From contig JAZDHH010000015.1 of the NCBI GenBank assembly GCA_043806015.1, positions 13,796-77,795 of the forward strand: a DNA stretch of 64,000 nt, in the 5' to 3' direction. Made by a program: the position numbers and the translations under genes. This document shows positions 18,514 through 27,572 of this stretch, in pieces (the stretch's first letter is position 1; each line of letters opens with the position of its first letter). This stretch comes from Nanobdellota archaeon (GTDB lineage: Archaea > Nanobdellota > Nanobdellia > Woesearchaeales > JAHIVG01). The notes below the pieces were generated by a model. It made no database searches. It had not been told where the DNA came from and was given only the letters and a program-made list of their open reading frames with translations.

Positions 18514-18610
18514 ACTTCTCCTTTGTGAGCTGAATATATAATATTTTTTGAAATAAAGTATCGGAATAGTAAAGAATTTCCGAAAATAATAAATAAATGT
18601 TCACTTATTC
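18514..18610. promoter_or_regulatory. AT-rich divergent promoter region between glnA and lrp with TATA-like elements (ATATATAATATTTTTT)
   Basis: ~100 bp of very low GC in a ~60% GC genome, lying between divergent start codons. Confidence 0.5.
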
Positions 18611-19084
18611 ATGGAAATGATGAAAAAAATTAAACAAACAGCCATCGATCCGGTCGAATTGAAAGTCCTTAATCTGCTGCTGAAAAACAGCCGCCAGTCC
18701 ATCAGGATGCTCGCGAGGAAGGCAGGCCTCTCTGCAGCGACGGTGATGAAGCGGCTGCATCGCCTCGAGCACGCCGGAGTCATCCAAGGGTATACTGCAC
18801 AGCTGGACTATGAGGCACTCGGTTACGACATCCCCGTGCTTATTGACCTACAAGTCTCCAAAGGGAAGCTCTTCCAGGTGGAGCGGAAGATAGCGACGCA
18901 TCCCAACGTGATTGCTGTCTACGACACGACCGGAGGCTTCGACGCCACGATCATCGCCATCTTTAAGACGCGACGCGCCATGGATGCCTTCCTCAAGCTG
19001 ATCCAAAGCTATGATTTCGTGGAGCGCACAGAGACGAGGGTCATCCTCAACGTGATCAAAGATGCGCGACTCACCGTCGATTAA
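18611..19084 (+). CDS. lrp: Lrp/AsnC family transcriptional regulator
   Basis: N-terminal HTH (…LKVLNLLLKNSRQSIRMLARKAGLSAATVMKRLHRLEHAGVI…) plus a RAM domain. Divergent from glnA. Confidence 0.9.
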   Translation: MEMMKKIKQTAIDPVELKVLNLLLKNSRQSIRMLARKAGLSAATVMKRLHRLEHAGVIQGYTAQLDYEALGYDIPVLIDLQVSKGKLFQVERKIATHPNVIAVYDTTGGFDATIIAIFKTRRAMDAFLKLIQSYDFVERTETRVILNVIKDARLTVD

Positions 19085-19712
19085 CAGCAGGATCCGGGAA
19101 ATCCGCGACAGGATGGCGAAAGCTGCCCATCGCTGCGGCCGCCAGCCTAGAGAGGTCAGGCTCATGGCAGCGACCAAGCACGCGGCCGTCGAGCAAATCA
19201 GGGATGCTATCGCTTCTGGCATCGGCCTCATCGGCGAGAACTATGTGCAGGACGCCGCTCAGAAGTCCCCGCAGCTTCCGCAGGTGGAGAAGCACTTCAT
19301 CGGCTCGCTGCAGAGCAACAAGGTAAAGCTTGCCGTCAAGCTCTTCGACTGCATCCAGAGCGTCGACAGCCTCAGGCTCGCGAAGGAAATCGACAAAGCC
19401 GCCCTCGAGCAGAACAAGGCCATGCCGGTGTTCATAGAGATAAACCCCGGCGAGGAGAGCAAGGGCGGCGTGCCCTTCGGCGACGCAGGAGCCCTTTACA
19501 ACCAGATGGTCAAGCTGCCCCACATCAAAATTCGGGGGTTGATGGGCATCGCCCCTTTGCACGGCGATGCCCGCGCTTTCTTCCGCAGGATGAAAAAAAC
19601 CGCGGATGAGCTGGGGCTGAAAGAGCTGAGCATGGGCATGAGCGATGACTTCGAGATCGCCATCGAGGAGGGCAGCACGATGGTGCGGGTCGGGAGAGCG
19701 CTATTCGCGTGA
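19062..19712 (+). CDS. yggS: YggS/PROSC family PLP-binding protein
   Basis: …VRLMAATKHAAVEQI…, the typical YggS TIM-barrel sequence, ~216 aa. Confidence 0.85.
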   Translation: MRDSPSINSRIREIRDRMAKAAHRCGRQPREVRLMAATKHAAVEQIRDAIASGIGLIGENYVQDAAQKSPQLPQVEKHFIGSLQSNKVKLAVKLFDCIQSVDSLRLAKEIDKAALEQNKAMPVFIEINPGEESKGGVPFGDAGALYNQMVKLPHIKIRGLMGIAPLHGDARAFFRRMKKTADELGLKELSMGMSDDFEIAIEEGSTMVRVGRALFA

Positions 19713-21020
19713 GGCTTTCTTTCTTTTCACCGGCTCTTCCGGCTTCTGCGATTTCCTTCGCGCATAGCTCACCGGGTTCCTGATCCGCTGGCAGAGGTTG
19801 TCCGGCGTGCATATGCGCAAGTCTTCGTAGAACGAGCGGCAGTTGGGCGGCAATATCGGCTTCTTCCCCTTGCTGTAGCGCATGTGCCCGGTGATGATGA
19901 CCTGGCGGAGCTGCTGCGGGTTCGCCTGGTTCCATTCCAACAGCCTCTTCTCGATCGCCTCGTGGCCCCAGCCACAGCACGAAAGGAAATTCGTGAGCGC
20001 GAAGAGGAAGCGCTTCTTGCCATCCGGCAATCCCTTGAGGCCGAGGCGCATGCAGGGAGGGAACGCTGTTTCAACTATCGCCTCCTCTGGAAGATCATAC
20101 TCCTTGCTCTCACCATGCTCTTCCGGCAGTTCGGGCATGAAATCAAAGGCTTGTATGGTGAGGCGCCGGGCCTCGCCTGGCTCGGCCTTTCGCCTCAGGA
20201 AAGCCCCTTCCACCAAATGGGGGGCTTGAGCCATTTCAGGCATGAAGGCAAGGATCTCCGCCGGCTTCACAGGAACGGACACCAGGCCGGATTTCTCGTT
20301 GAAGCTGTAGCTTGACCGATAGAGGTGACGAGATGAGATGAGGACTGTGTCGATGGCAAGGAAAGGCTCGACGTTGAGGAAGTGTACGATGTTGCCGGAC
20401 TTGTCCCTCGTCGTTGCCTGGACATCCCTCGCCGCGATGCCCGTCTTCTCAAGAACCCTCGAGAAATCGCCTTGCTCGAGCTCCAGGATCCGCTCTCCCA
20501 AGGGGAGCTGGATCATCGCCTTGAGGTAGAAGGCTATGCGGCGCGGAGCATCGGGGAAGAGCAGCTTTGTCTCGACGCTGCCGATCTTGGTGGGGAAGGC
20601 TTCGAAGGGGATGCCGATGTGGAATCCCTTGTTGCCGGAGAACTTGCAAGTGATCGCATTAATGCCATGGTGCTGCAAGGCCTTGATCACCAGGTCTGCC
20701 GCGATCTTGGAATAGTCCAGGAACTTGCAATCGATGTCGAGGACGAGATCCCAGCCGGTGCGGAGGCTTTCGATGTCGCCCCGCTGCATGCCGGGGCTGA
20801 GCTGCAGGGCGTTCTGCCAGCGCTCCTCAGAGATGTGGAACGACGTCGCGCCCTTCTTCACCAGCTCGAGGACGTCGCTCGGGTTGCGGAGCACGTCAGG
20901 CCGCTTGCCAAAGCCCTCGGCGTAGCGAACAGCCACTTCCTTGTCGGCTGCTTCCTCAACGATGGCTTCCTGCACCTCACGCTGCTTGTAATGCCTGAGC
21001 AGGACACTAGGGTGAATCAT
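19701..21020 (-). CDS. priSL: DNA primase: PriS catalytic domain fused to PriL C-terminal Fe-S domain (ORF extends to 21254; start at 21020 preferred)
   Basis: PriS-like LVLDIDCK region. The C-terminal region has the PPCM motif and four Cys typical of the PriL Fe-S domain. The ATG at 21020 shares the TCATGA site with the divergent Toprim gene. Confidence 0.7.
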   Translation of the reverse strand: MIHPSVLLRHYKQREVQEAIVEEAADKEVAVRYAEGFGKRPDVLRNPSDVLELVKKGATSFHISEERWQNALQLSPGMQRGDIESLRTGWDLVLDIDCKFLDYSKIAADLVIKALQHHGINAITCKFSGNKGFHIGIPFEAFPTKIGSVETKLLFPDAPRRIAFYLKAMIQLPLGERILELEQGDFSRVLEKTGIAARDVQATTRDKSGNIVHFLNVEPFLAIDTVLISSRHLYRSSYSFNEKSGLVSVPVKPAEILAFMPEMAQAPHLVEGAFLRRKAEPGEARRLTIQAFDFMPELPEEHGESKEYDLPEEAIVETAFPPCMRLGLKGLPDGKKRFLFALTNFLSCCGWGHEAIEKRLLEWNQANPQQLRQVIITGHMRYSKGKKPILPPNCRSFYEDLRICTPDNLCQRIRNPVSYARRKSQKPEEPVKRKKASRE

Positions 21021-21450
21021 GAAAAAGGATAAAAGCTGCGGCTTTTTATGTCTTGCCATGGATTGCCTGGAAGGCTGGCTGATGGCCTTGCGCTCGAGCA
21101 GGAAGCTCATCGTCGTCGAGGGGAAAAAGGACGCCGCTGCCCTGGCCCAGTTCGGCATCCCCGCCATCCCCCTTAACCGGAGGCCGCTCTTCTCCTTCGC
21201 CGAGGACATCGCAGCGAGGACAAAGGACTGCGTCATCCTCACCGACCTCGACACGGAAGGGAAGCGGCTCTACGCGATGCTCAAGGAGCACCTGACCAGG
21301 AACGGCGTGCGCATCGACACCCAGTTCAGGGAATGGCTCTTCCGCGAGACGACCCTGCGGCAGATCGAAGGCCTTGTCAGCTATGCGGAGAAAGAGGAAA
21401 AGAAAAAAGAAGGGAAGCTCACTCCCCGTCAAAGCTCGGATTGTCGATGA
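21019..21450 (+). CDS. small Toprim-domain protein (start uncertain; alternative Met at ~21082)
   Basis: KLIVVEGKKDAAAL…VILTDLDTEGKRL Toprim motifs. Confidence 0.6.
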   Translation: MKKDKSCGFLCLAMDCLEGWLMALRSSRKLIVVEGKKDAAALAQFGIPAIPLNRRPLFSFAEDIAARTKDCVILTDLDTEGKRLYAMLKEHLTRNGVRIDTQFREWLFRETTLRQIEGLVSYAEKEEKKKEGKLTPRQSSDCR

Positions 21451-21598
21451 TGGCCTGGTAGTACTCCACCGGCTTGACCTGCGAGATGATCGTCCGGTGG
21501 ACGATGAATCTGCTGTCCGGCGTCTTGAAGATCTTCGACTCGATGAGCGGCATCCTCTTGAGCTGCTCAAGCTTCTTTTCGCTTATGCGTGCGGTCAT
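21419..21598 (-). CDS. small hypothetical protein (59 aa, below the ORF-track cutoff)
   Basis: ATG at 21598 with a GAGGTGA RBS five nt upstream. Translation: MTARISEKKLEQLKRMPLIESKIFKTPDSRFIVHRTIISQVKPVEYYQAIIDNPSFDGE. Confidence 0.35.
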   Translation of the reverse strand: MTARISEKKLEQLKRMPLIESKIFKTPDSRFIVHRTIISQVKPVEYYQAIIDNPSFDGE

Positions 21599-21685
21599 GG
21601 TTTCACCTCGGAATGGACGGCGAATCGCCAGGATTAATGTCTTGCCCCAGAAAAACCGGAAGGAATCCGACGGAGAGCGGAAGGC

Positions 21686-22750
21686 TTACAGCTCGATGAT
21701 TATTGTTTTCGCTTTCAGATCAAAAGCCTTTATGAACTCGTGGGTGGCGAGCCTTTGCTTCATTTCCTCTTTAGGGAGACTATGCACCTCGTCGAGCAAG
21801 CCCTTGACCAGCTGATAATGCTCATAGATGAGCTCGCCCTTCCGCGTGTTCTCTGCGATCTCATGCTCGATCCTCGCCAGCTGCCCCTGCTGCTGCGAGA
21901 TGATGGTGAGCAGCCGGTCGCGCTCCCGGTCTCCGGGCGCCGGACGATGGTGGCGCCGCAGGGACAGCTTCTCGACCGCTTCTGAAAAAGAGGCAACGGC
22001 CGTCAGCTGCTTACCCTCGTGCTCCTTGAGCCTGAAAGGGGCGATATCGCCATCCTCGGTGATGACCGGCTCCACCGGCGAGGAAAGCATCGCCTTGAGC
22101 TCGCTGAAGCACCGCTGCGCGTCCTCGACGTTTAAGGTCTTCGCGGTCTTGTCGATCCCTGCGCGGCCGCAAAGCTCCTCAGCGAACTTGCCGCCGAGGG
22201 AAAGCCCGATCGCGAACCATTTGACGACGCTGTCAAAGTCCTGCTCCTTGAGCAGCGAAGAAAACGCTTCAAAGGAAAGCGAAGGGATGTCTTTGCAGAC
22301 TGGGAAGCGATAGGCTTCGCCCATCTTCAAGATCCTTTCCTTCCAGACCCTGGCTTCCATGATGAGCTCGATTAGGCCATTCTTGGCCACTACCAGGTTG
22401 CCGGTGCCGAAGAGCTCGAAGATAAGGGCATGAGCATCGAGCTCTATGACGATGATGCGCTCAAAGCCATGCTGCTCCACTTTCTGCACCATCGCGCCGA
22501 GCAACAGCTTCCTCAGGCGCTGGCAGAACATGGGCGGCTCCTCCTGCGCCGGCTTTTGCTGCGTCAGGAAGATCAACGTAGGGAACATGACCTTGAGCAG
22601 GCGCTTGCCCTGACCAGGCACATGGAAATCGAAGATGAACTCCTTGTCGTCCGGCTGATAGACCTTCTGCAGCCTGCCGCCTATGAGGGCCTGAAGCTCC
22701 TTCGCGATGATGCCGATTTCCATTACGGAAAGCTCTCGTTGCTTCGCCAT
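21686..22750 (-). CDS. NFACT/FbpA (Rqc2)-family protein, N-terminal half only
   Basis: MAKQRELSVMEIGIIAKELQALIGGRLQKVYQPDDKEFIFDFH… matches NFACT-N. At 354 aa it lacks the C-terminal NFACT-R region. Confidence 0.65.
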   Translation of the reverse strand: MAKQRELSVMEIGIIAKELQALIGGRLQKVYQPDDKEFIFDFHVPGQGKRLLKVMFPTLIFLTQQKPAQEEPPMFCQRLRKLLLGAMVQKVEQHGFERIIVIELDAHALIFELFGTGNLVVAKNGLIELIMEARVWKERILKMGEAYRFPVCKDIPSLSFEAFSSLLKEQDFDSVVKWFAIGLSLGGKFAEELCGRAGIDKTAKTLNVEDAQRCFSELKAMLSSPVEPVITEDGDIAPFRLKEHEGKQLTAVASFSEAVEKLSLRRHHRPAPGDRERDRLLTIISQQQGQLARIEHEIAENTRKGELIYEHYQLVKGLLDEVHSLPKEEMKQRLATHEFIKAFDLKAKTIIIEL

Positions 22751-22823
22751 GCGGCATCATGGTCTACGGTCATTTAAGGCCTTTACGAAAGCTTTTTAAG
22801 AGGCATGGTGCCTAACGGGGCAC

Positions 22824-23354
22824 ATGTTCATCAGGATCAAGAGGATCAACGGCCAGCACTATGCCTACAAGGTCAAGAACGCGTGGACCGAGAGCGGGGC
22901 GAGGCAGAAATCCGTCAAGTACCTCGGCAAGGCGGTCGTGCTCCCCCCTCCAGATGCAACGGCATTCGCCTCCCTGCCCAGTGATGCGGACTACCCGTGC
23001 ATCGTGTCATCCCTCATCGAATGGGAGCTGCTGTCCCGGGGTTTCCGGAAGACTGAGGGCTGCTTTGTCAAGGAAGGCGCGACCCTCGCCCTGAAGAGCC
23101 ATGTCCCCCATGCCCAGGAGAAGCCGGTGGTCCTGAAAATCAACGACGGCTATCTCTGCCAGGAGACCGTGCAACGCATCCTCTCCTTCCGGCGGAAGGA
23201 TGAGGAGGACCATGAGCAGGCAGGCATCCGCCTCGCCAACGCCTTCATCTCCGCAGGCATCAGGATCCCGCCCGAGGTCTTTGTCAAGGCGTACGACAAG
23301 GTCTCCTATTTCGAAGAGCCGCAGGTGAAGGCGGGGATTGAGGATTACCAGTAA
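22824..23354 (+). CDS. hypothetical protein; N-terminus resembles the DNA-binding beta-hairpin of IS1634-type transposases (…YAYKVKNAWTESGARQKSVKYLGK)
   Basis: Pattern similarity only. No DDE domain is present. Confidence 0.4.
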   Translation: MFIRIKRINGQHYAYKVKNAWTESGARQKSVKYLGKAVVLPPPDATAFASLPSDADYPCIVSSLIEWELLSRGFRKTEGCFVKEGATLALKSHVPHAQEKPVVLKINDGYLCQETVQRILSFRRKDEEDHEQAGIRLANAFISAGIRIPPEVFVKAYDKVSYFEEPQVKAGIEDYQ

Positions 23355-23356
23355 GG

Positions 23357-23824
23357 TCAATAATACTTCGAGAACACGTGCTCGTCCTTGTCATCGTAAT
23401 AGTGCCGTGGCAGCACCGCCTCTTTCTTCGCGCCCATCTTCTCGTAGAAGCGGTGGGCGCGCGCGTTCGTGTCATGGGTCATGATGATGAGCTTCCTCGC
23501 TTTGCTGCCGTGGCTCTCGAAGAAGGCCTGCGCGTCGACCTCCATCGAAGTGTAAAGCTGCTGCGCCACGCCGGTGCCGAAATACTGCGGCAACAGCCCG
23601 ATGTGATAGAGCTCGTACAGCCCGTGCTTCGGCCTGCCGTGCATGACCCAGGAGACAAGACCGATTATCTGACCATTGTCGACGGCAATGAGGTAGCGAT
23701 GGTGCTTTTCCATCTCCTGCAAGAACGTCTGCTCGGCCTCCTCTTGCGTCTTGATGTTGAGGAAGCTCACCAGCACCTGGGCTATGCCGGATGCGTCATG
23801 CTTTGTCGCGATGCGGATATCCAC
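23357..23824 (-). CDS. GNAT family N-acetyltransferase
   Basis: Acetyl-CoA-binding motif region (…YIGLLPQYFGTGVAQQL…), 155 aa. Confidence 0.8.
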   Translation of the reverse strand: MDIRIATKHDASGIAQVLVSFLNIKTQEEAEQTFLQEMEKHHRYLIAVDNGQIIGLVSWVMHGRPKHGLYELYHIGLLPQYFGTGVAQQLYTSMEVDAQAFFESHGSKARKLIIMTHDTNARAHRFYEKMGAKKEAVLPRHYYDDKDEHVFSKYY

Positions 23825-25633
23825 CTATTCCACCGTCACTGATTTTGCTAAGTTCCGCGGCTTGTCGATGTCGCAGCCGCGGATATTGGCGATATGGTAT
23901 GCGAGGAGCTGCAGCGGGATCACCGCGAGCAGCGGCTGGATGCTCTCCTTCGCTTTGGGGATGAGGATGACGTGATCGGCAAGGTGCTCGAGATCCTTGC
24001 TCTTCTCCGAGGCGATGGCGATGATCCTTCCGCCGCGCGCCTTGACCTCCTGCATGTTGCTCAGGATCTTCTTGAAGGCGCCGTTGGTCGGCGCGACGAA
24101 GACAGCGGGCATCAGGTCATCGATGAGGGCGATGGGGCCGTGCTTCATCTCCGCTGCGGGATAGCCTTCGGCATGGATGTAGCTGATCTCCTTCATCTTG
24201 AGCGCCCCTTCGAGAGCGACCGGAAAATTGACCCCCCTGCCGAGGTAGAGGAAATTGTGGTTGTGGGCATAGTGCTCGGCGATGGTGCGGATGCCGTCGC
24301 TTTTCTTCAATGCTGCTCGCATCGATTGCGGAACCTCTTCGAGTTCTTCGAGGAGCTTCTTGATCTCTTCTTTGGTCCTCGTGCCCTTTTCTTGCGCGAG
24401 GAGCACGGCAAAGAGGTAGAGGGCGCCGACCTGCGACGTGAAGGCCTTGGTGCTGGCGACGCCGATCTCCGGGCCGGCGTGCAGGTAGATACCGCCTCTA
24501 GCCTCGCGGGCGATGGTGCTGCCGACCACGTTCACGATGCCGAAGGTCTTGGCTTTCCTCGCCCTTGCTTCGCGCAAGGCAGCCAATGTATCCGCGGTCT
24601 CTCCAGACTGGCTGATGACGATGACCAGGTCATCCTCGCCGACAAGGGGATTGCGGTATCGGAACTCGGAAGCGTACTCGACCTCGACCGGTATGCGGGC
24701 GATCTCCTCGATAAGGTATTCGCCGACCAATGCCGCGTGCCATGAGGTGCCGCAGGCCGTGATGACAATGCGGGACAGGCGCCCCAGGAAGCCTTCCGGG
24801 AGGTTGAGGCCGCCGAAGGAAACCCTGCTGCCGGTGATTCGGCCACGCAGGACGTTCATGAAGCTCTCGGGCTGCTCCATGATCTCCTTCAGCATGAAGT
24901 GCTCGTAGCCATGGCGCTCGATGGCCTCGATGGTCCAGGTGATCTCATCAACCTGCTTGTCGAGCTGACGGTTGTGGAGGTTGACGATCCGGTAGCCTGC
25001 CTTGGTGATGACCGCGACGTTGCCGTCGTCCAGGTAGACGACCCGCTTGGTGTGCGCGACCAGGGGGGATGCATCGCTGGCGACGAAGAACTCGTCCTTG
25101 CCCAGGCCGATCATGAGCGGCGACCCGTTGCGGGCCGCGACCAGCTTTTTCTCGTCGACGTGCATGACCAGCAGGCCGTAGGCGCCCTCGACGTGCCTGA
25201 GCGCCCGCAGCACCGCCTTCTCGAGGTTCCCGGCATAATATTTCTCGACAAGGTTCGCGATGACCTCGGAGTCTGTCTCCGAGGAGAAATGGAAGCCTTC
25301 CTCGGTCAAGGCGGCCTTGAGCGCGCTGAAGTTCTCGATGATGCCGTTGTGCACGATGGCGATGGTGCCGCCGCTGCTGAGGTGCGGATGCGCATTCTGC
25401 TCGGTGACCCTGCCATGCGTCGCCCAGCGCGTGTGCCCGATGCCTATGCGTTCGGTCGCGTGCGGGCTTGGCCGCACCTGGCTTATCCTGCCGACGCGGC
25501 GGATCAGGCGGAAAGGCTTTGCCTGCAGAGCGATCCCCCAAGAATCATACCCTCGGTATTCCAGCGCCTTCAGCCCTTCGACGAGAATGGGTTCAGCGAC
25601 TTTGCCTCCCAGATAACCGAAGATGCCGCACAT
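23825..25633 (-). CDS. glmS: glutamine--fructose-6-phosphate aminotransferase (GlmS)
   Basis: MCGIFGY N-terminal nucleophile Cys, glutaminase domain plus two SIS domains. Internal Met at 25633 chosen over the ORF extension. Confidence 0.95.
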   Translation of the reverse strand: MCGIFGYLGGKVAEPILVEGLKALEYRGYDSWGIALQAKPFRLIRRVGRISQVRPSPHATERIGIGHTRWATHGRVTEQNAHPHLSSGGTIAIVHNGIIENFSALKAALTEEGFHFSSETDSEVIANLVEKYYAGNLEKAVLRALRHVEGAYGLLVMHVDEKKLVAARNGSPLMIGLGKDEFFVASDASPLVAHTKRVVYLDDGNVAVITKAGYRIVNLHNRQLDKQVDEITWTIEAIERHGYEHFMLKEIMEQPESFMNVLRGRITGSRVSFGGLNLPEGFLGRLSRIVITACGTSWHAALVGEYLIEEIARIPVEVEYASEFRYRNPLVGEDDLVIVISQSGETADTLAALREARARKAKTFGIVNVVGSTIAREARGGIYLHAGPEIGVASTKAFTSQVGALYLFAVLLAQEKGTRTKEEIKKLLEELEEVPQSMRAALKKSDGIRTIAEHYAHNHNFLYLGRGVNFPVALEGALKMKEISYIHAEGYPAAEMKHGPIALIDDLMPAVFVAPTNGAFKKILSNMQEVKARGGRIIAIASEKSKDLEHLADHVILIPKAKESIQPLLAVIPLQLLAYHIANIRGCDIDKPRNLAKSVTVE

Positions 25634-25634
25634 C

Positions 25635-26318
25635 CTATCCCACCTTCCCCTCGATGAGGGGAATATCCTCCGGCCTTCCGAGGTCGAGCCAGGACGCGAC
25701 ACGCTTCACCTTCACCATACGGAGGCTGGCGAGAGAGGTGATGGCGTCGGTGAGCTCAATCTCCCCCCTTGACGATGGCTTCACGTTCTCGAGCGCCGGG
25801 AAGATGACCGGCGTGAACTTGTAGAGCCCTGTGTTGATGAGGCTGCTAGGAGGATGAACAGGCTTCTCGACAATCTGCTGGAGATAATCATCATCGGTGA
25901 CCAGGACGCCGTAGCGCTCTGGATGGCCGCTCTCGATGGCCGCGACATAGCTGAAGCCGTCGTCGACGAGCATGCTCTTGATGTCTTCGGGCGACCAGAG
26001 ATTGTCCGCGCCCATGACCAGGAAATTCATGGTGCCTAAAGCGTCCTTCGCCTGCAGCAGGGCATGGCCAGTGCCGAGCTGCTCCCGCTGTTCGATGAAT
26101 TCCGCTGCAATGCCCTGCCCCTTGAAGAAGGCATTGACCGTCTCCCCGAGATAGCCGACGACGACCACGAAACGGGTGATGCCCGCTGCCTTCGCAGCGT
26201 CGAGAAGGTAGCCGAGGAACGGCCTGCCGTTTATCGGGATGAGGCATTTCGGCATGGTCTCGGTAAAGGGCTTCATCCGGACCCCTTTGCCTGCGGCAAG
26301 GATGACTGCGGTGTTCAT
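25635..26318 (-). CDS. sugar-1-phosphate nucleotidylyltransferase (GlmU N-terminal domain-like)
   Basis: AVILAAGKGVRMKP…G-x-G-T-R-like motif. One nt separates it from the glmS start, suggesting an operon. Confidence 0.85.
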   Translation of the reverse strand: MNTAVILAAGKGVRMKPFTETMPKCLIPINGRPFLGYLLDAAKAAGITRFVVVVGYLGETVNAFFKGQGIAAEFIEQREQLGTGHALLQAKDALGTMNFLVMGADNLWSPEDIKSMLVDDGFSYVAAIESGHPERYGVLVTDDDYLQQIVEKPVHPPSSLINTGLYKFTPVIFPALENVKPSSRGEIELTDAITSLASLRMVKVKRVASWLDLGRPEDIPLIEGKVG

Positions 26319-26329
26319 GACAAAGCGGA

Positions 26330-26480
26330 AGTGCTCCTCCTTAATTAGCTTTATTACAAATTGATTGATAATTACCCTTTTTTAGACGGGATTATGAGCT
26401 ATGATTTTATAAGAAACAATAATAATATTATTAATTGATTTATAATATTAGTAAAATATTTATACTTGTTTGCGCTCACT
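26330..26480. promoter_or_regulatory. AT-rich (~80% AT) divergent intergenic promoter island
   Basis: A run of TTATAA/TATTA-type elements in a GC-rich genome, lying between divergent genes at 26318 (minus) and 26612 (plus). Confidence 0.45.
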
Positions 26481-26611
26481 TTCCCCATGAACACGAAAGA
26501 GTTCCTTTCCGTCGACTTCCATGACATATGGAACTGGATTCTGGGAATCATTGCCATCGGCCTGCTTTGGTGGGGGATCAGCACCATCGTCAAGGTGATG
26601 AGCGTGAAGCC

Positions 26612-27541
26612 ATGAAAGAACGCTATTTCCTCCTCCGGGAAGGCGAGGAGTTCGCCTTCGCCCCCGCGATGCTGCTGCCGACGCCGGAAAGCGCCCAAAT
26701 CCTCACGAATCCGACGAGGATGCAGATCCTCAGGCTGCTCGCGAAACGCGAGATGTACCCCGCAGAGATCGCCCAGAAGATCGGGATGCACGAACAGAAG
26801 GTCTACTACCACATCCGGCAGCTCCTGAACAGCGGAATCCTCACCATCACCGAGAAGACCGAGATCAGGGGCACGGTGGCGAAGCGCTTCAGGCCCGTGT
26901 CCATGAACTTCTGCCTCAGCCTCGGCAGCGACTGGAAAACAATGGTGAATCCCTTCGGGGCGAAGAAGGACGCTCCAGAGTCGAGATTCCTCGAGCCGTT
27001 CGTCATGGACAACGCCCTCAACGCCTCCATCGTCGTCGGCAGCCCGGACCCGCACGGCCCGCTCAAGGCCCGGGCGAGGGACAGCCATTATGCCATCGAG
27101 CTCGGCCTCTATCTTGGCCAGTTCTGCCAGACAAAGACTCACTTTTCCGCTATGCTGGACGTCGACGTGCGCCTCTCCAGCGACCCGGGCAACCTCATCC
27201 TTGTCGGCGGCCCGATCACCAATCTCATCATCGCCCAGTTCAACGACAACCTGCCGGCGCGCTTCAGCGACAAGAAACCCTGGGAGATCATCGGGCCGAG
27301 CGGCAAGCATTACATCGAGGAGACCACCGGCATGGTCGCCAGGATGCGCAATCCGCTCTTCCCGAAGAGCTGGATACTGGCCCTGGCAGGCATACGGTCT
27401 GTCGGAACGAAAGCTGCGGTTTTGGCCTTGGCCAAGGGCGTCTCCGCTGATTTCAAGGGCCAGGAGCCCTATTGCCATGTCATCAACGGATTTGACCTTG
27501 ATGGAGACGGGAGGGTAGATAGCTATGAGATACTGGACTAA
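26612..27541 (+). CDS. ArsR-like winged-helix transcriptional regulator with large C-terminal domain of unknown function
   Basis: N-terminal …TNPTRMQILRLLAKREMYPAEIAQKIGMHEQKVYYHIRQL… HTH. GGTGA RBS before ATG 26612. The antisense 359-aa ORF was rejected. Confidence 0.6.
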   Translation: MKERYFLLREGEEFAFAPAMLLPTPESAQILTNPTRMQILRLLAKREMYPAEIAQKIGMHEQKVYYHIRQLLNSGILTITEKTEIRGTVAKRFRPVSMNFCLSLGSDWKTMVNPFGAKKDAPESRFLEPFVMDNALNASIVVGSPDPHGPLKARARDSHYAIELGLYLGQFCQTKTHFSAMLDVDVRLSSDPGNLILVGGPITNLIIAQFNDNLPARFSDKKPWEIIGPSGKHYIEETTGMVARMRNPLFPKSWILALAGIRSVGTKAAVLALAKGVSADFKGQEPYCHVINGFDLDGDGRVDSYEILD

Positions 27542-27572
27542 GACTCACTTTTCCGCTTTGAGGTGGTGCTAG

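Noticed and set aside
23894-25657. Two long plus-strand ORFs (283 and 252 aa)
   Set aside because: Antisense to glmS.
26399-27478. 359-aa minus-strand ORF
   Set aside because: Antisense to the HTH-regulator gene 26612-27541, which has a clear wHTH and RBS. The antisense translation is Asp/Gly/Arg-rich with no features.
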